Assembly (NCBI GenBank): GCA_964019425.1
Contig: OZ025799.1
Location: 1,178,001 to 1,242,000, forward strand
Origin: Flectonema sp. DT1601
Lineage: Eukaryota
Reading direction: 5' to 3'
Length of the DNA stretch: 64,000 bases
Part shown: positions 33,981 to 44,244 of the stretch, piece after piece
Position numbering within the stretch: position 1 is the first letter of the stretch
Layout of the letters: the number at the start of each line of letters is the position of its first letter
Notes under the pieces: generated by a model
The model's database searches: none
Told to the model about the DNA's origin: nothing
The model's input: the letters and a program-made list of their open reading frames with translations, nothing else
Translations under genes and position numbers: made by a program

Positions 33981-34439
33981 AATCATCTCCTCTTCAGCAA
34001 CCCTCCCGTAGGATGTTCTATTCGATGTTTCAATAATTGCAGCACTTGTGGTGACCAAAACATCCTAATAGGACTTATTAAAAATTTTCAGTTCCTTCCA
34101 AAAAAAAGGAAAAAAAAAAAACTTCTTATTCCTCACTTATTAAAAAATAGTTTTTAAAAAAAAAGTAAACATCTCCCTCTTCCGGAGGGAGTCATCACGA
34201 CCTCATCCCATTTGGTTACTCTCATGAGCTCATCCGATGGAGTTCATTTCTCTGTTCCAGAATTCACGACTTTCGATATTGTGGTTCCCTTTTATTTCGC
34301 ACCTCTTAAACTTGTCCTTTCTTCCTCTTTTTATATTACTATTCTATTCTATTCTATTCTAGTCTAATCTGGTAAAGATGCATTCGATTTACTGTTTTCG
34401 TGTGTTATCATTTCCAGGTTTCTCATATTCGAAAAACTG

Positions 34440-34472
34440 ACATCCCTCCCCAGACTGTCTGGGGAGGGATGT
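34440..34472. repeat. Perfect 33-bp palindrome (16-bp arms, 1-nt centre)
   Basis: ACATCCCTCCCCAGAC-T-GTCTGGGGAGGGATGT. Confidence 0.95.
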
Positions 34473-34620
34473 GTTTGGTAAAAACTTCTGCTTCAGATGT
34501 CTGCTGGATTCATCTTTCTACCTGACCTAACCCTGGATTCGGTTACTCTGGAGATTAGCTTTATTAGAAAGGGAGAAAGTTTTGTGATTTTGTATTTACT
34601 TTCAGTTCTTAAGATTCAAC

Positions 34621-35358
34621 ATGAGATTCGATCAATTGAGACTGCGAGTACCTGACGTTGAATGTGTTAAGAAGTTCTACTGCGACATACTCGGAATGAC
34701 CATCACTGACAAAGGATTATGTTATGCTGCTGATGGACTCAAATTAGTATTCGAACAAACTGCAACTAAAAAGAGATCCTCAACTGGCAGGGATGGATAC
34801 TGGAAGATTGGAATCACAGTAAAGGATCTGAACTCTGTTGTGAATGATGTTCGTAAAGCTGGTGTTGAAGTTAGTGAACCACTTCAGTTTAAAGATATTG
34901 GATACGTTTCTCATATGAAGGATCCATCAGGTTTAGGTATTGAATTATTACAACAAGGATTCGAAGGGAAATCAAAACCTGGAGGACCAATACAAGAACA
35001 GGCAACTCTCGCTCACATTACTCTTCGCATCGCTGATCTCAGTAGAGCTCGAGAGATCTGTGAGAGAGATTTTGGAATGAGATTGATGTCAGTGCAGGGT
35101 GTTCCTGAATATAAATTCACTTTATACTTCTACAGCTGGTCTGATGAAGAACTACCTGATTCTGATGTCACTTCAGTTGCTAACAGAGAATGGCTGTGGG
35201 CTCGTTCATATCCTCTTCTTGAACTTCAACATCTCGAGAGTGCTTCTCCTGAAGATATCAAATCGACATCTGATGGTGAAGCAGGTCCAATTGACATCAC
35301 TTGTTGTGATACCGCTGGTGAGTTACGCACTCTGACTGGAGATCATTTCGTATTGTGA
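34621..35358 (+). CDS. Glyoxalase/VOC-superfamily protein (lactoylglutathione lyase-like, two modules)
   Basis: Motifs QLRLRVPD..KFYCDILGM, KIGITVKDL, DPSGLGIELLQ, HITLRIADL, FGMRL, KFTLYFY, LLELQH. Confidence 0.85.
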   Translation: MRFDQLRLRVPDVECVKKFYCDILGMTITDKGLCYAADGLKLVFEQTATKKRSSTGRDGYWKIGITVKDLNSVVNDVRKAGVEVSEPLQFKDIGYVSHMKDPSGLGIELLQQGFEGKSKPGGPIQEQATLAHITLRIADLSRAREICERDFGMRLMSVQGVPEYKFTLYFYSWSDEELPDSDVTSVANREWLWARSYPLLELQHLESASPEDIKSTSDGEAGPIDITCCDTAGELRTLTGDHFVL

Positions 35359-35776
35359 TCTTCAAACTCAACGACATCACATAATTCGTTTCCACTCTCC
35401 GATTTCGACTCTGGCAGGAATTATCTCAGACTTGCTCTTTAATTTAATTTATTTGGCTTGGCTTAACTTGGACGAAACCGTATACTGAGAAAGCTGAAAA
35501 GTGCATTCTTTTTAGCTCAAAAAATAAACCTCTCCTAGTTCATAATATGTCTTCGAGCGTGAAAGGGGCAGACTTAGCACACTTTCCCTTTGATCTATTG
35601 GACTGGTGCAGCCAAAGACTGAACCTGTTGTGTTGTAATTTAATTGGTAGACAAGACTGCCGCTTAACTTGATCGGATTTGATATATTTATTTTATTCTT
35701 CTTCTTAAGGGAGATGAAAATTACAAAAGAAAAAAAAGGAGGGAAAAAAAAAAAAAACAACGACAACAATTACATT

Positions 35777-35792
35777 CATCCTCCCCTCACAG
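35777..35792 (+). promoter_or_regulatory. Representative C-rich polypyrimidine tract plus AG, putative spliced-leader trans-splice acceptor
   Basis: CATCCTCCCCTCACAG upstream of 35903; similar sites end near 39066, 41042, 42690, 47110, 49916, 51334, 52882, 59553 and 60135, each shortly before a gene start. Confidence 0.65.
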
Positions 35793-35902
35793 TACTGACT
35801 AATATCGAATTGTGAGACTCGTTTGTGAAAACCTTTCTTGTCTATGAGTGACACTTGTGTTTGTTATTCTTAAACTTCTAAACAGTAAACACAATAAACT
35901 AA

Positions 35903-36985
35903 ATGAGTACTCTCTGGGGTGATAGTAACGAATTACCACCTCCTTGTAGCACAAATGCTTCCAAACCAGAAGTGTTTTCTGACATCCTCGGAGGTGGACC
36001 AGAGTCTGGAGCATCAGCGATGATGGAGAAGTACCGAGAGGACACTGGATTATCACCAGGCGCTCTTGTTCTTATAAATAAGACAGGTCAGACTGGTATT
36101 GTTTTGGAAGTCTTCACAACTTATGTTAAACTTTGTAACGGAGATGCGTGTTCACGACATGCGGTGACACTTTTATGTGGGAAATTAAGAATTGGACACG
36201 AACCGAAACAACTTTCCAAAGATTTGAGAATCGCAGAAGATGTTGTGAAAGAACTGAAGAGAAAAGGAGTAATTGTTTTTGATGAACTTCTAATTGAGAA
36301 AGACAGAGTTAGAGCAGCAGAAGCAATTCAACAGGTACTTCCTGAACTTGATTTTAATGTGGCTGGTACTGGTCAGGGACAAGCTCACAAACGAGATGGT
36401 TCACTTCGAGGAGATGAAACAGCGTGGTTACCTAAAGATGGATCACTCCCACCAACTATTCAATATATATTAGATAAGATGAGTAGATTACGAAGAGGGA
36501 TCGCTTCAGTAACAAAGAAACCACTTCCCAGATCGTCATATCAACTCGCGAAGTACAACTCTAGTGGAGTTGGTTATGTCAGTCACAGAGATGTTAAAAT
36601 GAATGCATCTCAAGATAATAAAAGAAGACTGACTTGTATTTATTATTGTAATGAAGGTTGGGAACCATCAATGGGAGGAGTATTGGAACTTTACCCGAGT
36701 TCTGGTTATTCACAACTTGTAGAATCTCGTGATGATTCTGAGGAGGTACTTTCTGAAAAGCAAAAAAAGAAATTCTCAAAACCGATCAGAATTGAACCAC
36801 GAAGTGGAAAGTTAGTAATCTTCAACAGTTCATTAATCCATCGAGTCTTACCTGAACACTTTGATAGGATGGCAATTACTTGTTGGATGTCTGGACCTGA
36901 ACCTCTTGGGTTACAACATCCTAATTCTGAACACGACATCGATTCTCATTTCACTGGAGATGAATCCATCTTCCCGAGTAGATGA
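35903..36985 (+). CDS. 2OG-Fe(II) oxygenase, EGLN/PHD prolyl-4-hydroxylase-like
   Basis: LRGDETAWL, GYVSHRD (HxD), RRLTCIYYCN..W....GGVLELYP, distal His in LIHRVLP, and RMAITCW (2OG-binding Arg). Confidence 0.85.
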   Translation: MSTLWGDSNELPPPCSTNASKPEVFSDILGGGPESGASAMMEKYREDTGLSPGALVLINKTGQTGIVLEVFTTYVKLCNGDACSRHAVTLLCGKLRIGHEPKQLSKDLRIAEDVVKELKRKGVIVFDELLIEKDRVRAAEAIQQVLPELDFNVAGTGQGQAHKRDGSLRGDETAWLPKDGSLPPTIQYILDKMSRLRRGIASVTKKPLPRSSYQLAKYNSSGVGYVSHRDVKMNASQDNKRRLTCIYYCNEGWEPSMGGVLELYPSSGYSQLVESRDDSEEVLSEKQKKKFSKPIRIEPRSGKLVIFNSSLIHRVLPEHFDRMAITCWMSGPEPLGLQHPNSEHDIDSHFTGDESIFPSR

Positions 36986-38452
36986 TTCCTTTCTCATTCC
37001 TCGGTAGCTGCGATCTCTCACTTTGCTGCTGTACAAATAATAAAATAGCCTTCAGAAGTGAGGAGGAGTCGCCAGCGTGAAAGTTTTGTTATTTTATTAG
37101 ATTTTATAATTCTTATTATTTTTATTTATTATTATGCTTATTATTTTTTTTTTTTTTTTTTGAGTTATTATTTTTTATTTTTTTTTGTTTGTTTGTTAGA
37201 TTTCCCCCGCCTCCTTCCTCTCTCAAAAGTTACCATCTCGGGGAATTGATCCGTAGCTTAATCATTCCCAAAGCATCAGAAACCTTTAGTCACTGCATCA
37301 TTACTGGTACGGTACAGTGACTGTATCATTACTGGTACAATAAATGTTTATTTCTTCATAAATATCTTCAAAAAAGTCAACCTAATGACGACACACAGAT
37401 CAGAGAGTGTTCAGATAATCTACAGAATTGTTCTACTTATTTAGTCAACTGTCTCGTGGATTTGTTTATGTTAGTTAACTTTTTGATACAACGCAGATAT
37501 GCTCAAATAGTTAATTCTTTCGCTATTTGAGTAGTTTGTTAACAATAAAAGGAAAGTCACTTGTCGATACTATCACCTCAGGAGAATATTTCCCCTTCAA
37601 GAGACTTGTCGTTAGAACATCAGTTACGGATTACTGTAAACGATACGGAGGAAAGCTTAGTGAGGGGTTTACTTAACTTATTTTATTTCATTCGTCAAAC
37701 AAAAAAAAAAAAAAAACGATGCTGTCGACATACATCAGCAGTGCCTTCCATTCTCGTGTTCTATTGCGACTTTTCAAATAGAAAACCCTCATTGTGGGGT
37801 TGCGAGCATGAGATAGGGGCTTTTTTATTATTTGTTATGCAGCTCTTCTTTTTTTTCTTTTTTTTCTGTTTCTTTTTTTTGTTTTTCTTTCTTCTTCTCC
37901 TTTATCCCTCTTACTGCTATTTTCTTTAAAACATTTATAATGAAACTTGCAGGAAAAAAAAAATGGGGGGGAAAGCATCTCTGTACTCCTCCTCATGTGA
38001 TAGGGGTAACCCGCTACCACATCCGACTGTAGCTTCTTTTTCTTTCTTCTGTAGTTATATTTTAGTTCTCAAAGTGAAAGGATTTGATTTGTGATACACA
38101 CCGCACCGAATACCCATTTTTTTTTTTTTAGAGAAATATAAAAGCCTTACTTTTTTTTTTCTTCTCAAAATACGATTCTTGTTTTTTTCCTCAGAGATTC
38201 CTAATCCACTACCGAAGACATTCAAAATAATATAATATTTCGTTGCGAGAAAGCTTTAAAGGTTTTTCAGATGAAATTTATGTTATATTTTTTAGTCACT
38301 TTTTAATAGTATACTGGTTTATTACCTTGGTTCTATGTGCGACAGATCCCCCTCAGTACGTAGACCTGGATGATTTCTGTTGTTTCTGTTTTGAATGAAG
38401 AAATACTAAATTACGTTGCATTTAATCCAACAGGAAGGACCTCACTAAAAGA

Positions 38453-38944
38453 ATGTTTACATTTATCGTGGCTATTGATTGGGCGAAGTACCGTCGTAAT
38501 GTTGAAGTAAAGTTACCCAGAACGGTCGAACCCACACTTCAAATTATAAAGGAAAAGGCAGAAGAAATATTCACGATGGATGCCAAGTGTGAAAAGGCTG
38601 CTCCATGGCACAGCGGTAAAGACTTGACCGTTTCTATTAATGAAATGTTTATCTGGGATAGTATTCATGGATGTTGGTCTACACTTGTTCTGGATTGTCA
38701 GTTAAGAGAACTGACTCAGATTTGGTGTCTCACATCTGTCGATGATGTGAATTGTGAAAAACCAAACTTAGGAGACATTCCCAAAACCAGATCTGGATTT
38801 TCTCAACTAAACTCAACTCACTTTAATGAACCTTTATCATCACGACTGATACCAATGGAGACTCCAGTCAGACGCTCTTCTTTTGTTACTAATTTCGATA
38901 CCCCGCTGAGCACGCCTTCAAATATCTATTCATGTGTATCGTGA
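38453..38944 (+). CDS. BILBO1 N-terminal-domain-like protein (163 aa)
   Basis: FIVAID...RNVEV....PTL..I...AE.IF......IWD....W..L....QL....QIW matches the pattern of the ubiquitin-like NTD of trypanosome BILBO1; no EF-hand or coiled coil follows. Confidence 0.7.
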   Translation: MFTFIVAIDWAKYRRNVEVKLPRTVEPTLQIIKEKAEEIFTMDAKCEKAAPWHSGKDLTVSINEMFIWDSIHGCWSTLVLDCQLRELTQIWCLTSVDDVNCEKPNLGDIPKTRSGFSQLNSTHFNEPLSSRLIPMETPVRRSSFVTNFDTPLSTPSNIYSCVS

Positions 38945-39081
38945 ACACAACTTTTAATGTATCCTGTAGGTATCTTGTAGTATAATTGTAGAATAATTTG
39001 TTTTGTATTTTTTTAATCTTTTTTGTTGTGAACTGTCATTTCAATATATTCCCCTCTCACAATTAGTAACCAGTCTGATGA

Positions 39082-40818
39082 ATGAACGATGCAATAGAAG
39101 ATCAACTAAAGAGACTACTCAACAAACATTTCATAGAGGAAGGTGTTTATGATTTAGTAACAACTGAGGATGATGTTGATGAAGTACTTGAGATACTAAA
39201 CGACAACTATGAGATTAATAAGAAAGAGACATCAGGTGAAGGATATCTGAGAGTTGTATTAGGAAAGTGTAAATCAATGTTTGGGATATCAGGAACAGTA
39301 AGATTCTATCTGGAGATGAATAACCATCGATACTTGTCAGACAATTTCCAAATTGAAATGATCGACAAAACATCTGAAGGGGAGGTCTCACTAAACCTGA
39401 CGCACCTTTTCAAACTTTCAAAAACTGAAACCGAAACGCTTCTCCAACAGAAACAGTTGTTGGAATTATATTTATTTGTTAATTCGAATGGATTAATCCT
39501 CCCAATTGGTCACTGCAACATACCTTGGAGATCATCACTGATTGGTAACACACCTTCATTAGAATTATCACTTTCATCATATCGAAGTTCAATACCTGTT
39601 TGCCTTATTGATGTCCAACTGGAATACGTTCCTGCTGCTGGTAAACTTCTCACAACAGAAGCAAAATTAAGTGAGCAACTCTCACTTGAGAGAGAAGGTG
39701 AGAGACAGAGGTCACTGACAGTAATAAATTACACTAAAAAATGGATTGGAAACCTCTCTCCTGACAGACACATTATAACAACAGTCGAGGTAGTCGGAAG
39801 TTGTGATATTATTTGTGTAACTAATTTTATTCAACCAATAGAGTCGGCTGCGAAGTTACTAAACACACCCATGCATGCTGCAAGATTTATATCTCTGTTG
39901 GGTGACTCACGACTATCACATAGTTCTAATTGTGAACCATCACCTAACATGGAAGTTTGGCATCCTCCTGGCAGTCTGTTAGCAGCTGGCTCGGCTTTAC
40001 CAGCGGAAAAGGCAACCCTACTATGCTCACTGCTATTGGGGTTTAAACTTGACGCATATGTAGGAACTGGTGTTGACATGTTGGGTGCGAAGGTTTTTGT
40101 AGTTTTGATCAAAGAAGGAGACACTGACGGAGTATCAGTTTGGCATCCGGAGACGGGAAAGAAATTTCCATGGAAAGACAAGTCTGTGTTGAATCACATT
40201 AAAGAAATCCATTCTGTTTTTAACGACAATAACTTGTTTGTAAATCTTCAATCTATTTGTAACATTCATGATGTCTGTTACAGATTTAATGAAAATCATC
40301 TTTGGAAGAGTTTTGATCCAACTGTGGCGAAGTCGGGAATGCAGGGAAGAATATTTTTTCCCAACCTACGTCCTCCCAGTGGAAATAATGAAACAAAACT
40401 ATCACAAGGAATAGAACAGAGTCTAGTCTTGAAATGCACTGAATACAGAGACGGATTAGCACTTGGAGGTACCGTTACTTGCAAAGGTCAAATAGCTGAT
40501 GCAATGTCGCAAAGTCTTTGGTTGTGTGAATTACAAGCGATAACTTTAAAAGAACTTGATCCTCATAAATTATTTGAGAGTTCTTGCATGGCTGCCGTAC
40601 CTTCTAAGTGTACATTGAGAGCAATCCCTATAAACCACAATCACTCACAGCCAGATTGTATCTTTTCATCGATCATCTCATCTCCAGATATCAGATCGTT
40701 ATTAGAAACATCGAACTCCAATACCTGTATTACAATAAAATCAAAAGTTACAATCTATCCTGAGGATGTAACTTCAACGTGGACTATTGTTGCTGTTTTT
40801 TATAACAACATCGAGTGA
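39082..40818 (+). CDS. CEP76: Centrosomal protein CEP76 homolog
   Basis: C2-like N-terminal region, then LLNTPMHAARFISLL, EKATLLCSLLLGFKLDAYV, WHPETG, IHSVFNDNNLFVNLQ and C-terminal YPEDVTSTW. Confidence 0.8.
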   Translation: MNDAIEDQLKRLLNKHFIEEGVYDLVTTEDDVDEVLEILNDNYEINKKETSGEGYLRVVLGKCKSMFGISGTVRFYLEMNNHRYLSDNFQIEMIDKTSEGEVSLNLTHLFKLSKTETETLLQQKQLLELYLFVNSNGLILPIGHCNIPWRSSLIGNTPSLELSLSSYRSSIPVCLIDVQLEYVPAAGKLLTTEAKLSEQLSLEREGERQRSLTVINYTKKWIGNLSPDRHIITTVEVVGSCDIICVTNFIQPIESAAKLLNTPMHAARFISLLGDSRLSHSSNCEPSPNMEVWHPPGSLLAAGSALPAEKATLLCSLLLGFKLDAYVGTGVDMLGAKVFVVLIKEGDTDGVSVWHPETGKKFPWKDKSVLNHIKEIHSVFNDNNLFVNLQSICNIHDVCYRFNENHLWKSFDPTVAKSGMQGRIFFPNLRPPSGNNETKLSQGIEQSLVLKCTEYRDGLALGGTVTCKGQIADAMSQSLWLCELQAITLKELDPHKLFESSCMAAVPSKCTLRAIPINHNHSQPDCIFSSIISSPDIRSLLETSNSNTCITIKSKVTIYPEDVTSTWTIVAVFYNNIE

Positions 40819-41069
40819 ATGTGTTTGCTACTTTTGCTCTATTTATGTAATTCCTCAGGATGGCTGCGTACGTCAGTTTTCCTTAGATTGTTATTTATTT
40901 ATTTATTTCATCGGTTGAGTATCTTCGATTATTTTAATTATATTAACCAGCTTACCTTTTTGATATGCCGAGAGTCTGCTCTGAACTTCACATTCTTCAT
41001 TGAAGGGTATTTTCTTTAAATATATCATCCCTCCCCTATTAGAGTAAGAAAAAAGAGAATAAAAAAAAA

Positions 41070-42032
41070 ATGGAACCTGCTGGAGGTGTTAATTGGGATG
41101 CCCCAATGCAAACATATTCCCAACAACCAGGTGGGTATGACTACGGATACGATCCTACTCAAACTAATGAAGGAGGAGTTAGAAATAACGTGACTGGAGG
41201 TGAATACTCAACAGGAGGATATCAAACACAATCAGCAAACGCTCAATCACCAGAAGACGATGACGACCTTCCTTTATTAGAGGAATTGGGTATAAATCCT
41301 CAACACATTAAAGATAAAGCTCTTAGCGTCTTAAACCCTTTTAAAATTAAGAACACTGACAGCTGTAGAGAGTACATCGAAGACGAAGACTTAGCAGGTC
41401 CTCTCTGCTTTGCTCTTCTACTCGGGTTTGCAATGATGTTGGGCGGAAAAATGCATTTTGGACATATATATGGTACGTTTTATCATTGTTATTTGTTTTC
41501 CATCTTTCAAAAAAAATAATAAAACAATCAGCATATGGTGTTTCTGGATGTGGTCTTGTGTGGGGATTACTGAACCTGATGAATGAACCTGGTGTCGGAC
41601 TTCAATTTATTGTTTCTATTTTGGGTTATAATCTACTGCCGTTGGTATTCTTAGCATTCATGTCAGGATTAGGTGTTTTATTATTATCGTCAACTAGCGT
41701 GTTTATGTTGGTAATTTGTTCTGTTTTTATACTTTGGTCATCGTGGTGTTCTACAAGGGTATGTTTCTTTTTTTTTTTTTTGCATTTAACAAGTATTGTA
41801 AGAACAAAAAAAGAATGTTGGGTAGCACACGTAAACCTCCTTTAGCTTTATCAGTTTAAGTCGGTTCACGGTTTCGTGACACAAAGAAATTAATATCTTT
41901 TTCTCAAATGTATAAAACTAACCAAACCAACAGATGCTTGTGGTAGGTCTCAACATGGAACATCAGAGATGGTTATTGTTTTATCCTTTGTTGTTATTTT
42001 ACACAACATTTGCTCTTATAACAATATTCTAA
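41070..42032 (+). CDS. YIPF5: Yip1-domain Golgi/ER membrane protein (YIPF5/Yip1p-like); exons 41070..41472, 41532..41758, 41934..42032
   Basis: PLLEELGIN, DLAGPL, HFGHIY, SILGYNLLPLV; the spliced C-terminus MLVVGLNMEHQRWLLFYPLLLFYTTFALITIF* matches the family end. Both GT-AG introns restore the frame. Confidence 0.9.
41473..41531 (+). other. GT-AG intron (59 nt)
   Basis: GTACGT...AAAACAATCAG; joins the two Yip1 ORFs in frame. Confidence 0.9.
41759..41933 (+). other. GT-AG intron (175 nt)
   Basis: GTATGT donor, ACTAAC branch-like site ~41917, CCAAACCAACAG acceptor; yields the conserved Yip1 C-terminus. Confidence 0.9.
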
Positions 42033-42714
42033 CCCAGCATTTGATTGCTTCTGTAGAAAACCAAACGGTCCTACACGACCCTAAAGATCTGTTCTCTTGT
42101 GAAGGGGCTACTAACTTGACTATTAGCGGGGGAGTAATCAGAAGACCTGACTTCGTCCTTCAATGATTTTAGTCACACGATTGATGGAAGTTCGTTAGCT
42201 AGCCACTTCTTCAGTTACTATGATGGGATTTCGTTTTTTCTTTTTTTAGAAATACTCGCTGAGGCTATATTTAGGTTCGATGTTCAAATGGATTTTTTGT
42301 CGTGTAAAAAAAAAAACACACTCTGTAGGAAAACAATTCTTTGGAACACCCGATGAGGAATATTAGTATTTGTGATTGTTATCAACGAAGAGAATAAAAT
42401 AATTCTTATTCGTTGATACTGAATCTGTTTTTTTTTTTTTTTTGAAATACAAAAAAAAAAAAAAAAAAAAAAAGAAGAAGAAGAAGAGGGAGAATGTCAT
42501 TTTCTGTTCCTGAATTTGTTTCTTCAACTGACTGTTGGAACCTGTGAAATGATTCCAACTTACAGAGATATAAGAAATACAAAAAGAATATAACGGAAAC
42601 ATGTTTGATAAAGCGAACCTTAACTCGTGAGCAACTTTTTTCGTTTTTTCATTTTTTTTTCTTTCTTTCATTTTCTATTCCCCACACCAGTTACACACAC
42701 ACAACAGAAAGAAG

Positions 42715-44244
42715 ATGTCGCCTACCAATGACCTTACTGAAATAGAGTCTCATCACCAGATTGCTATCGAAGCTGGACTTTTGTATTGGAATAATGATTT
42801 TGAAGGAGGTCGTCAAAAGTTAAGTTCAATTATAGAAACCCCGAGAGGTATGTTAGAAGAGTCATGTCTTTCATTAGCTGAAGACATGTTGAAGGGATCT
42901 GATAAAAAGAAATTAGTTGAAAAGTTTCAAGCAGCAGGAGCGAGTGCAGAGAAATGTTTAGAAACCAAAACATCATTCTACAAGAAGATATCAAAAATAT
43001 TAAAATCAAATCAAACTCCCGTAAGCATCCAATCTCTTGAGTTCCATCTCATTGTGGCTGACTGTTTACTCGATGCGTCTCTTGGACAGCTTCAATCCGG
43101 GAGTTACTTATCTGGCACTCTTGGCTTACGAAAAGCCTTCTCTTCATACACCCAACTCCGAAACACTTCCATTCAGTTTGAAAAAAACAACCAAAAATCA
43201 CCGCGTTTTATCACAGACGGTTATAAGTTTGGATTGGGTGCATTTTATCTTTGCCTTTCAGTATTACCTCATTCAGCTATTCTTATGTTGAAGATAGCAG
43301 GTATCCACATCGATCCTGTTAAAGGAAATCAATACCTAACTTCTGTTGTAAAAGGACGTGGAGTTCGATACCCGGTGGCGGCGATTATTTTGTTGGGATT
43401 TTATTTGTGTTCACCGAGTGGATTTGAGGCTCCGTCAATGATAGAAGCAAAGGAAATATTATCAGCTGTGGAGAAGGATTTTCCTGAGAACAAGAACTTC
43501 ATGATATTCGATGCATACTATCACAGAAAGAGGGGTGACTTCAACGAGGCACTCTCGATAGTCTCGAAGACAATCACGGGATCAGCAGATGACAATATTC
43601 CGCTATTCGTGAAGGCGGAACTTTTATTTGTTCTTCTTCGATTTCATGAATGCATTTCAACTATCGAATCACTGCTCAGCTCTGGGCATGTGAATTCAAG
43701 CTTTGCTCATTATGAACAAATCCTTTTTATGTTATCCGCCTCATACTATGCTACTGGTGATGTTCTTAAGGGAGATAGCGTACTTGAAACAGTCTCACCT
43801 GATAGCGTTTATCGAAAGGCAATGCAAAGCAAGTCAGGTGGGTTTTCAAGAACAGGAATGTTCTTAGCTCCGATTCTTTACTCAATTCTAAACAGAGATT
43901 TCAATCATCTGAACCCTGAGGGTGTGTCCAATATGTTAACATTTATAAACAAACAACTTATCCGTATTGGTACTGGTGATGACTACTGTTCTTGTTTGAG
44001 TGCTTTAGCAAAGGCAATGCTCGCATCAGATAGAGATTCGATGGTACCGGTGTTGTCATTTAAGAAACAATTTCCGACCTTGTCAGCTGCTGCTGCATAT
44101 GAAATCTCTTCAAGGGATTATCAGAATGGTAATTTTACTTCTTCAAAGTCATATTTACAAACTGCGTCAAAAATTGATTTCAAGTTCGATTCTCTCTCGA
44201 AGAGAATTTCAGTAGCGATGGATCAGGTAAGCGAAAAACTGTAG
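42715..44244 (+). CDS. TTC39/Iml2-family TPR protein
   Basis: All-helical; GTLGLRKAFSSY, FGLGAFYLCLSVLP, LKIAG....KGNQYL, EKDFPE...F.IF.AY motifs typical of the family. Confidence 0.75.
   Translation: MSPTNDLTEIESHHQIAIEAGLLYWNNDFEGGRQKLSSIIETPRGMLEESCLSLAEDMLKGSDKKKLVEKFQAAGASAEKCLETKTSFYKKISKILKSNQTPVSIQSLEFHLIVADCLLDASLGQLQSGSYLSGTLGLRKAFSSYTQLRNTSIQFEKNNQKSPRFITDGYKFGLGAFYLCLSVLPHSAILMLKIAGIHIDPVKGNQYLTSVVKGRGVRYPVAAIILLGFYLCSPSGFEAPSMIEAKEILSAVEKDFPENKNFMIFDAYYHRKRGDFNEALSIVSKTITGSADDNIPLFVKAELLFVLLRFHECISTIESLLSSGHVNSSFAHYEQILFMLSASYYATGDVLKGDSVLETVSPDSVYRKAMQSKSGGFSRTGMFLAPILYSILNRDFNHLNPEGVSNMLTFINKQLIRIGTGDDYCSCLSALAKAMLASDRDSMVPVLSFKKQFPTLSAAAAYEISSRDYQNGNFTSSKSYLQTASKIDFKFDSLSKRISVAMDQVSEKL

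Noticed and set aside
37292..37338. 19-bp near-perfect direct repeat ACTG(C/T)ATCATTACTGGTAC; also (TGCTCGTRG)x3 at 4477-4503
   Set aside because: Local slippage-type duplications with no further evidence of function.
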